This document shows positions 39,301 to 58,150 of a stretch of DNA of 64,000 bases, one piece after another (the first letter of the stretch is position 1; each line of letters starts with the position of its first letter). Below the pieces are notes generated by a model that searched no databases, was not told where the DNA came from, and worked only from the letters and a program-made list of their open reading frames with translations. Source of the DNA: Octopus bimaculoides (lineage: Eukaryota); NCBI RefSeq assembly GCF_001194135.2, contig NC_068994.1, forward strand, positions 28,353 through 92,352, written 5' to 3'. A program made the position numbers and the translations under genes.

Positions 39301-42155
39301 CCATTCATTAGTACATCTAATCTAGGAGTAAACAACATTTTCCACACTATCAGAACAAACCTACCAATACTCCTACAAAGCCCCAAAATGAAAAAATCTG
39401 CTTGGTGGAAACCTTGTATGAAACAGTAAATACTAATCAAAAACATTTTTTAAAACAGCTCACAAAGGCAAAATTCACATCAGATCATAATTCAGAATTT
39501 TCTGTGAAGGACTGAGGTGATAACAGAACAGCAACAACATTTTTCAAATATTTGGACAGTGGTTTCCATATAAAATTTCAAAGTGGATTTTCCTTCAAAA
39601 TAAATGTGGATGTGAACTGCAAGACACACAATCTCATATACTGCATAACTGCTCCAACTGCAAGGAAAATCATATTGTCAAAACCAACAATTCCCTTTGC
39701 TAATGTGCAAGAATCCCCAGACAGAAAGAATTATGCAAGATTTTGTTGTGTTTGGTGGGATCATAAAGACATTACTTATTATGGGCTTCTCCCACAAAAA
39801 CCTGATCATTAATTTTGATATGTGCTGTTATCAGCTGGTTAATTTGAACCAAAAAATCAAAGAATTGAGGCTGGAGATTGCCAACAGAAAAGAAGTAGTG
39901 TTTCAACAAGACAACACCCGACCACATGTGTCTTTGGCTAACCAAACAAAGTTACATGAACTTGGCTAGGATTTCTTACTTCATCCAACGTGTTCTCCTG
40001 ATATTGTGCCATCCAACTAACACTTGTTTTTGTCTTTACAGAACTCCTTGCAAGGAAAAACATTTAACAATGTTCTCTAGATGCATTTTGACTCCATCTA
40101 AGATGGAGTCAGAATGCATCCAGATAACGTTTTTTTCTTCAAAACCAGTCAAATTTTATGCTCACGAAATATTTAATCCTTTTGTTACCATATTTCTGTT
40201 GAAATGTTCTGTGTTTCTTTCAAATACTTTAAATATAACAAAGAATTTAGTAAAATAACTTAGTTATCATAAAGCTAGTGTTAGGAACATAAATTGTGAC
40301 TAAGGTTTGGTGGAAGATTTTAATTCAAAACTTAGAAAAACAAAACATTTGTACAACACAGACAGAGGCGGTTTCAGCCAGGTTGGTTACGAAAGGGTTA
40401 AATTGCCTGATAGATAGGCAAAAGTCATTAATAATAAAGGAAAATACTTCATTGAATAAAATTTATTGAAGGATCAATTATTTACATCCCTTTTTGCATA
40501 TTAAAAAATCCTCAGAACTTTCCAAACAACTTAATATGTATATATATATAAGATACAAGGTGTTTTTATCAGGGTGACTCCAAACAATAGGTATACACTC
40601 TGAGTGCACAAATAGGAGGTATGCCACTAAAATTCTGGTGTGAATGTCAGTTGAAGTTTTGTGACTGCTTATCCAAAGCAACTAAAAGTGGCTTTCACTT
40701 GAGCCAGTAGGGTTAGGGTTAGGGTAAAAAAAGGAGAAGCAAATAATTTGGCAAAACTTGACAAGGACATTGAATTTAATTTAGCTATATAATGAAAGGT
40801 TGAGATTGTCTCTGACAATTGTTTCTGGGATATCCCAGCTACTGGAACATCATATCAAGTGAAAACTCCATCATCAGAGAGAAATAGGTTAAACATATGT
40901 AACAGTGGAATAAAAGTTCATCAGTGATGGTTGTTGTGGTTCATTATGTCCAGAGAAGGAGGAGAGATCCAAAAACGTCCAGTTAGATCCATTGAGATTT
41001 CGTATTCATTAAGTATTCATGATCAGAGAGAATGGTTAGATATAATCTATACTGAGAGAAGATGAATCTTAGCAGTTTCAAAGCTGGATAAATTCTAAGA
41101 AGAGGAATAAATACAGTACACTCTGGTGGAAGAACGGTAGGATAGACAGGAGTTTGGATCAGGTATATACCAATCAGTACAGCAAAGGGTACTCCTGTCA
41201 AGAGATACACACACACACACACACACACATGCATATATATGGATCTCTCCAGATAGTGTATTGGATGTCTTGTATGTGTCACTGACACAGGTGTCTTTTA
41301 CATGTCACTGACGGCACTGGCTATGATCATGATTTCACTTAGTTTGAAGTGTCTTGTTAAGTTGAACAAATCACCAGAAGTATCAGTCACTTGTCATCAC
41401 CTGCATGAAACTCAACTACTGAAGATTATACTTCACCATCTCATCCCACATGTTCCTGAGTTTACGTCTTGCACAGGTTCCCTCCACAATTAGAGATTGT
41501 CATTTCTTTATGCAGCTGTCCTCGTCCATATCCATTACATAACCATACTAGTGCAGCTTTCTCTCATGCACACATCTGATGCCTCTTACACTTAGTTTTT
41601 CTCTAAAGGTACACTTTGTTGTATGTGCACACTGACATTGAACATCCAGCAGAGCATGCTAGTTTCATCTCTTTTAAGCCTTTGCTTGTTTATGATAGTT
41701 CTGTTGTCCTGTTGCATGGCTCTTTGCACACAGGCATCATACAGTCTGCCTTTCTCTCTGAGGGAAGGGTCTTTGTTATCAACAAAGGTAGCATCTCTCT
41801 GAATTTTTGCCAGGCCAGTCTTATTCTAGCTGTTATACTCTCAGAACATCCTTTACTACTGTTCTCTCTCTCACACACACACACATAGACATATACAAAC
41901 AAACTTTTCAACCATGTAGCCATACTGTTTCTCCACACATACAGTTTATATATATTGTGTGTATGCATATAAATAGCGTATAGCTGAATAAATGTTGCGA
42001 GCCAAAAATAATAACAAAATACAAGAGTAAGAAAAGGGATCAAATCTCACCATGTCCTCCAGTTGATTCGAGGCCTGTGATGTTGAGAGTTTCGATTTTG
42101 CCTTGTTTTGTGACTTCTCAGTCTGTGCTGGCATTGAACTTGGTGAACATCCCAT
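855..42155 (-). CDS. Multi-exon gene, 5' part (1031 aa in window): MGC lipidation motif, unassigned tandem repeats, malectin-like domain, FBA domain, DUF4062; NPHP3/TTC41-like STAND protein N-terminal half, 3'-incomplete
   Basis: Manual splicing of 42155-42051, 34947-34767, 32959-32732, 30624-29560, 24207-24046, 20479-20337, 17608-17510, 15280-14981, 11850-11680, 10355-10275, 9756-9633, 7924-7809, 1973-1856 and 1054-855. All introns are GT-AG, all phases match, total 3093 nt with no stop. Domains were recognised by motif, not by search. Confidence 0.85.
1856..1973 (-). CDS. Exon 13, helical linker (SSWLTDGQF...VKDICR)
   Basis: Acceptor ttttaag|AGC, donor G|gtaagg, phases 0/1. Confidence 0.8.
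2600..2830 (+). mobile_element. Small decayed non-LTR RT fragment
   Basis: Translation ...KFSEFGC*ATIITILKPNK resembles the W..A.II.ILKP.K motif of LINE RTs. Confidence 0.4.
3490..4422 (-). mobile_element. Mariner (DD34D) transposase pseudogene
   Basis: MDKSEI start at 4422, WVRHEL (for WVPHEL), MVSVWW, LQDNAR, HPPYSSDL (for YSPDL); frameshifts and stops. Confidence 0.92.
4520..6030 (-). mobile_element. Ty3/Gypsy LTR retrotransposon remnant (gag zinc knuckles and RT)
   Basis: KAYLQI...LLTVNTH..LYKY.FGLK.TPAIFQRVMD...YLEDI RT motifs; CYGCGG.HF..DC and CYSCQK.G.....C knuckles. Confidence 0.88.
7809..7924 (-). CDS. Exon 12, FBA C-terminus (GKDDKYWDGHYG)
   Basis: Acceptor tttcag|GC; GKD..YW.G.YG motif; donor CTG|gtgcgg is weak, so the exon end is less certain. 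Confidence 0.85.
8005..8775 (-). mobile_element. RTE-clade LINE 3' fragment with associated SINE-like tail
   Basis: ARIKMDWMKFKKLLPLL..GLSLRVKGRFYDAC...AMLYGSKIWAL. Confidence 0.8.
9633..9756 (-). CDS. Exon 11, FBA domain (WQEVSVTFSNYGPGVR)
   Basis: Acceptor tttcag|ATC, donor G|gtaaga; W..VS..F..YGPGVR motif. Confidence 0.92.
10275..10355 (-). CDS. Exon 10, FBA domain (VSEWYREGVCGGGFYSMTASLMDENGT)
   Basis: Acceptor aacag|GTC, donor ACG|gttcgt; too short for the ORF track; matches the V(S)xWY..R.DCG strand of FBA. Confidence 0.9.
10885..11271 (-). mobile_element. tRNA-derived SINE, near full length
   Basis: Head GGAGGCGCAATGGCCCAGTGGTTAGG...GGTTTCGATTCCC with Pol III A- and B-box-like motifs. 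Confidence 0.85.
11680..11850 (-). CDS. Exon 9, FBA domain (AFITSHMRCTKQQEVDL...YLDTSPDIQ)
   Basis: Acceptor gccag|CAA, donor CAG|gtaaat. Confidence 0.9.
14981..15280 (-). CDS. Exon 8, end of malectin-like domain and start of FBA domain (NLLQNASGE)
   Basis: Acceptor tttcag|GTT, donor GAG|gtaaga, 100 codons. Confidence 0.9.
15930..16570 (-). mobile_element. CR1/L2/Jockey-like LINE fragment
   Basis: IKNIKSNPKAFFHYVK...LNDQFKSVFT...EEDVQLAIDE. Confidence 0.75.
16660..16865 (+). mobile_element. Tc1/mariner transposase C-terminal fragment
   Basis: PPNSPDLNSIDYYIW...SLKATI. Confidence 0.7.
17510..17608 (-). CDS. Exon 7, malectin-like (VSNGNFILRLHC...ITVNG)
   Basis: Acceptor cttcag|TTT, donor AAG|gtaaga, phases 0/0. 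Confidence 0.85.
19559..19740. mobile_element. Tc1-like MITE
   Basis: Imperfect TIRs CAGGGTGGGCCAAAAGT / ACTTTTAGCCCATACTG, TA on the right, abutting a (TA)n array. Confidence 0.65.
19800..20300 (+). mobile_element. RTE LINE 3' tail / RTE-associated SINE
   Basis: Same family as 8005-8775, 33400-33820, 41290-41865 and 55120-56000; ends in (ATG)n/(ATT)n. Confidence 0.7.
20337..20479 (-). CDS. Exon 6, malectin-like (ITGTEDNFLYLTSR)
   Basis: Acceptor tttcag|GA, donor ACA|gtatgt; GT.D..LY.T.R motif. Confidence 0.85.
21000..23890 (-). mobile_element. RTE-clade LINE, long decayed RT region
   Basis: Minus-strand translation shows KKEAWK, the RT core ending in LLYVDDL, and ARVTIGWSKFGELSPLLT. Confidence 0.8.
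24046..24207 (-). CDS. Exon 5, start of malectin-like domain (VVVAINCGGPSYQSLVDNVVY)
   Basis: Acceptor ctgtag|AA, donor G|gtaagt; AINCGG motif. Confidence 0.85.
25229..29492 (+). mobile_element. R4/Dong-type non-LTR retrotransposon (RT, CCHC and restriction-like endonuclease), inactivated
   Basis: NYRPITCLTTMYKILT, AWIDYKKAFDSIPH, GIFQGDSL, SETEGFIIAAQDQ, C..C...HV...C, RHD, RPDI...LIDMTVP, K..KY; (TAA)n-like arrays at both ends. Confidence 0.9.
29493..29537. repeat. (AAG)n microsatellite
   Basis: Direct inspection. Confidence 0.95.
29560..30624 (-). CDS. Exon 4 (1065 nt), unassigned repeats 1-4
   Basis: Lies inside ORF 29339..30772; acceptor atacag|GT, donor A|gtaagt, phases 1/1. Confidence 0.9.
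32050..32340 (-). mobile_element. Helitron/PIF1 helicase C-terminal fragment
   Basis: QFPLKLSINKAQWQSL.VVGLNL..PVFS.VQLYVRCSRV...KTKNVVYQEAL (ORF 32059..32346). Confidence 0.8.
32442..32686 (+). mobile_element. tRNA-derived SINE with (AAT)n spacer and Penelope-like 3' tail
   Basis: GGGCATATGGCGTAGTGGTTAAG...GAGTTCGATTCC head; tail CCTGAAGAAGGCTGG...CCAAAACGTTG. Confidence 0.7.
32732..32959 (-). CDS. Exon 3, first unassigned repeat (NINSHYGGCCSLVFIS...FLLRSGF)
   Basis: Acceptor tttttag|TA, donor G|gtaagt, phases 1/1. Confidence 0.85.
33400..33820 (+). mobile_element. RTE-associated SINE/LINE tail
   Basis: GACATTAGGAAGGGTATCCAGCCATAGAAACC core with (GAT)n end. Confidence 0.7.
34767..34947 (-). 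CDS. Exon 2, linker DPLAVDVRRK...FNQMQD
   Basis: Acceptor ctacag|GAT, donor A|gtaagt, phases 0/1. Confidence 0.8.
35390..39690 (+). mobile_element. Penelope-like element (RT and GIY-YIG region), decayed, interrupted by hAT
   Basis: RLPKIY, TILMS|FYVSNLYTGI across the hAT insertion, LPFLDI, HHPSHIKRCIPYS, CKTHNLIYCIT. Confidence 0.75.
35818..38573 (+). mobile_element. hAT-family DNA transposon with decayed transposase
   Basis: TIRs TAGAGTTGCCAAT / GTTGGCAACACTG, 8-bp TSD TTATGAGT / TTACAAGT (6/8); BED/TTF-like zinc finger (CRYC...H.EAKKH), NESNDIS, RCVCHSLQL, TRWLS. Confidence 0.88.
39720..40460 (+). mobile_element. Mariner transposase fragment interrupted by a TTAA MITE
   Basis: VFQQDNTRPH, HPTCSPDIVPS; reads KFYAHEIF|KLPDR*QKVINNKGKYFIE* across the MITE. 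Confidence 0.85.
40177..40397. mobile_element. piggyBac-like MITE
   Basis: TTAA at 40173-40176 and 40398-40401; imperfect TIRs TCCTTTTGTTACCA / TGGTTACGAAAGGG. Confidence 0.8.
41290..41865 (-). mobile_element. RTE LINE 3' fragment
   Basis: SITARIRLAWQKFREMLPLLITK. Confidence 0.8.
42051..42155 (-). CDS. Exon 1 (start): MGCSPSSMPAQTEKSQNKAKSKLSTSQASNQLEDM
   Basis: ATG at 42155, donor ATG|gtgaga phase 0, MGCxxS N-terminus. Confidence 0.75.
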
Positions 42156-43473
42156 CTCTTATGACAAAAACTCATAAATCTCTTCTCTTTTTGATAATTT
42201 ACTTACTTGTCATTATTTTAATTTTCTCTGCTGATATTGCTTACTGTTGTTATTTACAATTATTAATATGTATGCAGGGTCTGTGTAAAGTTTATGCAGA
42301 AAATCCTGAGGATTTTAAATTAATTCTATACCATAATATTTGAACAGGAGGAAGAAAATGGAAATGTGTTTAGCAAGAGCATAATAAATGAATATTTAAT
42401 AAATATAAACTTAATGATCATCCTTATAATTATTGTATATCTTAGTTTCGAATAGAAGCAGTTTCTCTGATTTCTGTTTTTCCTGTAACTACTTTCAAGT
42501 TTTACGTAGACAGTATTGATGATGTTAAAATCATCATATTGTTAAAACTATAATAACAAAAAAAAAAAAAACAACTACTGCAATAATTTCTTTTGTTTTT
42601 GTTGTTTAGCCCAAGTCAAACCTTGATCCAGCGTACGTGCACACTATGACCACCACATTTCATACACCTATGACAGAAGGCACTTGACTGTTATTGTTAG
42701 CATGTTGAACAACCGCATAAAGATCCCATCATTACTTGTTGAAATTCAAATTATTATTTTGGATGTTACTTCTGTAATTAAAATATTTGTTGTTATTTTT
42801 TCACATCCACAAAAAACTCTCCAAGTAAACTGGCCAGAATCTGTATCCAAGAATTCATCAGCTGGAAACAGGTTTATTGGTGTCCAATAGCAACCACAAT
42901 ATTACTAATAATAAATTAGAAAGTTGAGGTACAGGCTCCCCGGATAACTGTTGCAGCAGTCAAATTGGTTGAAGTCCAGTGAAGCGAGACAAAACATCAG
43001 GAAGTGGGGGAGACAGGGAGGATCAACATTGGAATAAGATTTCTTGTTCTTCTGGTTTCTACCAGGCTAACATAGACTACCAGCACCACTACCACCATCA
43101 CAAACACCCATTTTATAATACTAACATCCTCCCACTACCACTGACTCATCTCCATCACCCTAATAATAACACTGCCCTAGCAACAACAACTTTCCCACTA
43201 CCATCTCCCTACAAAGAGTGAACTATAACGTAATACAATGTATAAATTATGCATGAATACCAAAGCATCTTAACAACTGAATTTGGACAGTTTATATATA
43301 CACACACAAAGAAATGAGAAAGAAAGTACTGCTCAACACACTCACTCCATCACTGCATCCTATTTGCTACTCTTCCGAAGTACTTTAATAGTACCTAACA
43401 ATGAATAAATATATTAATACCTTCTGAACTTCACAATGACATCTTCTTATTGAGCCATGAAAATGCAAGTATT

Positions 43474-43767
43474 GGCGGTCTTACGGTACGAGTCCTAAAT
43501 ATCAGCCTTTTCCGTAAAAAGTGTCTTCGGTGATCTTTACTGAAGACCGGCTTTTTCCGTAACACCCGCACGATCTTCACTACGGCGTTAGGGTTAGGGT
43601 TTTAGTGTCAAGGTTAGGGTTACGGACGGAATTCCGTAACCCAAACCCTAACCCCTTCAAAATAAATTGCGCTCTCTGTATGTTTTTCGCTTTTATGATG
43701 TCGTTTCCCTTTTTCTCTCCAACATTTTTTACGGAAAAGGCCGATACTTAGGACTCATACCGTCGCC
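43474..43767. mobile_element. MITE with about 38-bp TIRs and internal TTAGGG/CCCTAA repeats
   Basis: ACGGTACGAGTCCTAAATATCAGCCTTTTCCGTAAAAA versus reverse complement of 43726-43763 (3 mismatches). Confidence 0.85.
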
Positions 43768-43789
43768 ATGTTTCTTATTTCTTTATTGC

Positions 43790-43970
43790 CCACAAGGGGC
43801 TAAACATAGAGGGGACAAACAAGGACAGACAAAGGAATTAAGTCGATTACATCGACCCCAGTACGCAAATGGTACTTATTTAATCGACCCCTAAAGGATG
43901 AAAGGCAAAGTCGAACTTGGCTGAGTTTGAACTCAGAACGTAAAGGCAGATAAAATACCGCTAAGCAGAT
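43790..43970 (-). mobile_element. tRNA-derived SINE with Nin-like central domain
   Basis: Reverse complement of GTCGACTTTGCCTTTCATCCTTT.GGGGTCGAT.AA core. Confidence 0.75.
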
Positions 43971-44441
43971 AGTTTTTCATGCTGCACTGTAACATCAGGA
44001 TGAAGACCATTGTCAAAATGGGTGAAGCTAGCTTTTAATAGCCAAACTGGCTAGATAAATTGGTTAGACCTTAGCAAATCTTTATAAGGTGAGATTAAGG
44101 GAAACTCAGGTTTCTTTGCAAGTTATAATTGCTTAGCTTATGCAGTGTTAGGCATTTTTGGATTTATTTTATGTGCCAGGAATTCATCAGAACTTTTTGC
44201 TTGTCAGTTTTAAGATAATTTCTGTGCTACATCTTGGTGAGTACAAAAATCTTATAATATTTATGTGAATTTTGTACCCTGCATCTGTGACAGGTTGTGT
44301 AGTAATTTTCAAGGGAAGTAACTGAACGTCTTACCAGTATTATCCGTACTACTCTGTTTATAAATAAACCACACATGTGATTTGATTGAAGTTAACTGAG
44401 GAATTTCAACCATGTTTCGTGGTCTGCTACCACAACAGCTC

Positions 44442-44541
44442 NNNNNNNNNNNNNNNNNNNNNNNNNNNNNNNNNNNNNNNNNNNNNNNNNNNNNNNNNNN
44501 NNNNNNNNNNNNNNNNNNNNNNNNNNNNNNNNNNNNNNNNN
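44442..44541. other. Assembly gap (100 N) between the two oppositely oriented gene halves
   Basis: Run of exactly 100 N; the other gaps are 6067-6166, 15793-15882, 31030-31039 and 62320-62329. Confidence 0.99.
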
Positions 44542-44650
44542 GACAGACAGACAGACAGACAGACACACATTCTCATTTTTATGTATATAGAAGATATATG
44601 TATGTATGTATGTACTTCCATCTTTGAACGTGTTATCTTTAATGTTTAAG

Positions 44651-53936
<9,286 letters not shown>

Positions 53937-55119
53937 ATTTGAGATAAAGTCCAGAAGCTTTCAGAAAGCTGGATTTATTGAGTAAAAAATTATCAGAATG
54001 ATATCACTATATAAATGTAATAACATACTAGGATTGTTTATTTATTTTGTTTGGAGAATAGAATTCAACATAAATGTACACACACACACACACACACACA
54101 CAAACAAACATTTCAGAGTTGCAATTGTTTGAAAAATGACTGGCCCTGAAACTATATGTTGAAATCTTTACCTCACAAAACAGCCATTTTAACCTTTTAA
54201 AAACACACTGAAACTGTTCTATTTCCTTCACAATCATTTTTTAATAGGATAGTCGATTAGGAAATATCAGAAAAGTTTTGTTGACTTTCTGTCACTGAAT
54301 TAATTCCACTGCACCTGTTGAAACTCAGTAATTAATCAAATTTCTAAACTTTAATGGTTTCTTTCATTCACTTCTTCATTTTTCTTTCTTTAATTACAAC
54401 TGTTTTTGTCATTTGTCCTTTTGTATCTGAGTGGATTTATATATATTTGTTCTTTTGAACCTGCGAGTAAATTATTTCCTTCAGGATCAGTTTTTCACTT
54501 TTCCTTTCATTCTAATTTGCTGTTTGTAAAGTAGATATACATTTATGCATGTGTCTTTTATCTACCTAAGTAACTTCTCCTTACGTATAGAAAAGTGAAC
54601 AGATCCAACAAGATGAACAGAGCCATATGCCTGCCGTAAATTGGATGGCTGTGATTGCCACTACACCAAGTAGACCTGAAAATTTTTGATCATTAAATTA
54701 GAAGCTTTAATATCTGTATAAGCAATAAAGTAAAAACAAAATTGTTTTGATTCACTCGGGGTCCTAAGGAGAATTTGGGGAGGGGTAAGTAGATTACATT
54801 GACCCTGAAAGGATGAAAGGCAAAGTCAACCATGGCATAATTTGAAAGCAAAGATGAACAAAATGCCACTAAGCATTTCGCCTGGCATACTAACGAGTCT
54901 ACCAGCTCTCTGCCATATATCCAGGTATTAGTATTATATATCAATTACTTCAATATGGTGTTATTTCTCATTCAATCACATCAGTGTTGAAAGAGTTGTA
55001 TAAATAGTAGTCTTTTAAATACAATGTTGCGCTATTGAATGCTATTTCTGGTGAGATAGTAAAGCTAGTATTGTAGCAAAGGTTTCAGTCACTTGTCATT
55101 GCCTCCATGGGATTCAACA

Positions 55120-56000
55120 TTCAAAGATCATGATATCAGCAATGGCCTTGATTATGATTTCATGACACTGGCAATGGTGATGACTACAATTTCACTTGGC
55201 TTGATGAGTCTTCTCAACCACAACACATCAACAGAGGTCTCGGTCACAAGTCATCACCTCCATGAGGCCCAACATTCAAAGATCAGGCTTCACCATCTCG
55301 TCTACCTCTTCCTCAGATTCCCTCCACAGTTAGAGATCAACACTTCTTTACACACATGTTCTTGTTCATAAAGCAACACATGACCAAAAGTGCATTCATC
55401 CTTCTTGCACACCACATGTGATGCTTCTGATGCCCAGTTTCACTCTCAAGACACTTACTCTCTGTCACATATGTACACTGACATTGTACATCCAGTGAAG
55501 CATTCTGGTTTCCCTGCATTCAAATTTTCACATGTCCTCTGCAGTCACAGCCCACATTTCACTGCCATGGAGCATGGCTATTCACACACAGGCAGCATAC
55601 AGCCTGCCTTTCATTCTGAGGGAGAGGCCTATTGTTACCAACAGAGATAGAAGTACACTGAACTTTGCCCAGCCTATTCTTATTCTAGCAGCTATGCTCT
55701 TGGAAATTCCACCTCCACTGCTGACTTGCTCACCTAAATAATGGAAACTATCAACTATTTCTAGGTTTCCCCTCTGGCATTTGATGGAGTCCATTTTCTT
55801 TACATTTCTAGTGTTTATTGTATCTGTACTTCTGCCACACACACACGCACATACATTTGAGAATCGAGATATTGTTGGAGAGAAGTGTGTGCAGATGGAT
55901 AATGGTATGCTTGCACTTAGTGATGTGGACAAGAAAGAGGCATGGAAAAGCAGCTTCTAACCAGAAGCTTGTGGAGATTCTCGTCTCTTTTGAGGCGAGT
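55120..56000 (-). mobile_element. RTE LINE 3' fragment
   Basis: IVDSFHYLGEQVSSGGG...AARIRIGWAKF...GLSLRMKGRLYAACV. Confidence 0.85.
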
Positions 56001-57539
56001 TAATGTGATCAAGATTGAAATTCGTTAAGTGCTGCACATATATTTACATACACATTAAAGGTTATGATAGCGGACGCTTGTGCAATGCAATGTTTGCTGG
56101 GATCGAGCTGGAAACCATGTGGTTACGGAGCGAACTTCTAAACTAGAAATTCATACAAGTTGTTAACAGTAACTTCACTATTGTCCAATGACGCTGCTAA
56201 CTACTTGTGCTATGTAAATGTTAAAGTAACTGCCTAGGGACTGGAGTAGAGAGGGGGGGGGAGGAAGCAGTGATCTTTTGTAACTCACCTGTCTGACATA
56301 CTTCCTCTGTCATCAGCAAACAATAGAAGGATTGTCAAATATATTTCCACAAAAGTCAATTACACACTTAAGAGAAAGGAACAGAAACGATAAGAATGTG
56401 ATAGGGGTGGGGGAGGCGCCGCCCTACATTTTTGTTCAGCCATGTGTCTAACAGTCACCTTCAATGAAGCATTTTGTCATTTTTGACATTTCTACATGTG
56501 TCTGTCTGATCAATAATCTTGTCAAGTTTAATTAGTTCCGACAAATATTATTGCAAATTGCATACGTGGGTTGCTGTTGCTGTTTAGAGAGTCTTGAGTA
56601 TATTGGGATTGTTATTTGGTCTGGATTCAGACTAAAGCGAGCCGAGTTAATACAAGAATTATAGTTATTGTTTAATAATCTGGCAAATCTTATACAGATG
56701 ATCAGTTGATGCTTAATTCTAGGTTAATCATGAACACTTCGAACGCTCTATGAAAGATTGAATACCTGTTTTATTGATTTCATTGTGCCAGAAGAAAGTG
56801 TTTGCTACTTAATCATGTTGTTCTTTTTAAGAATGTATTGTATCGATATATTACAAATATATAGAAACACACATGCACACGTTCACAATCAGGCACATAC
56901 GTACATACATACATACACATATACGCATGCTTTAGTCTCTCTCCTTATGTGTATGCAGGAATGTCTATGTACAAATACACACGTGTATGTATGTATGTAT
57001 TAATAATATTCAAAATACGTACGTTAGTATATATACACAGATGCATTAGGGAGAACTCGATGCAAGAGTGCAGCAGAATTACCATAAGCCATTTTCATAA
57101 AAATATATATCTAGATATACTTATGTCCAAAATCACTATGGATATTTACCCTGGAATAGATCTGATTTCATCATTTAAAAAATAATTTATCAACGGAAAA
57201 GTTACAAGTAAAAAGACACTCTAATCACAGCACACTAAACTTATTAAATACAAATAACAGAGGACTTTTGTAATCACGGTCTTTTTAAAAATTCAATCCA
57301 TGGCTCAATCGTTAAGTGGAAAATTTTGCAATCGTAAGACCTCAGTTTTGATCCAACTGAATGGGAAGTTAGTTGTCTTTTACCATTGGCTCATGCCGAT
57401 ACTAAAGACAATAGAAAACATAATAGAAACTCACGAGAGTGAGGTTTACAAAGCTAAAAAGAGACCAAGAAAAACAAGGAATATAACAATAAAAATTCAA
57501 ACAAGGATGGAAAATCACCCAGGCTAATTCCTTGTTAGT

Positions 57540-58150
57540 CTTGCCGCTCACAGTCGCCTTTCGTTAAATACACTAGAAAATAACACTTCCTTCTCCAGTC
57601 TTATTTTCTTCATATGAAAAAAATTGTGGGAAGCTTAATCAGAGATAAAAAAAAAATGTTTATCTTCAAATCTTTCAGGTAAGTCCATGACACCACTTCT
57701 TTTGTGATGGCCACGGGGTGATAGAAGACTACGTGTTCTTCGTTGCCAAACAAAGATGACGGGTCGATAGCTGAATTCATCCCACACGTAACAGTAGCTT
57801 TTCAATGCAAGCCCAAAGTCGGTGATGCTTGGGTCCTGTACAAGATGATTTCGTTGCCCTGTGCGCATCTCGAACAAATTCAGCAGTTGGCACTTCTGTT
57901 CCTGTAGAGCTTTTGTCGAATAGAAGATGCCTTTCTACCAGAGCACTAGTATACCAAAGAATTTTGGAAGTTCTCCATTGTTACCGAATTGAGAGTCATC
58001 AGGAAAAGAAAATGCCCAGTTTCTCCTCATCGACGGCCAGGATAGCTTACAGGCAATTGTCTCCTCCACTAACCGTCTATAGAACACGAGTTCGCCTCCG
58101 TTTTCGTTGCCTCAATAGTGAAGGCGTTAACATTCAGTTACGTTCGCCTC
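57540..58150 (-). mobile_element. Tx1/L1-clade LINE C-terminal (zinc-finger) fragment
   Basis: Minus-strand CSRCAQGNE...LWACIEKLL.RVG and VAITKEVVSW. Confidence 0.6.

Noticed and set aside
42770-42860. Possible additional upstream minus-strand exon (DEFLDTDSGQFTW...)
   Set aside because: No supported link to the MGC exon; could be 5' UTR or chance.
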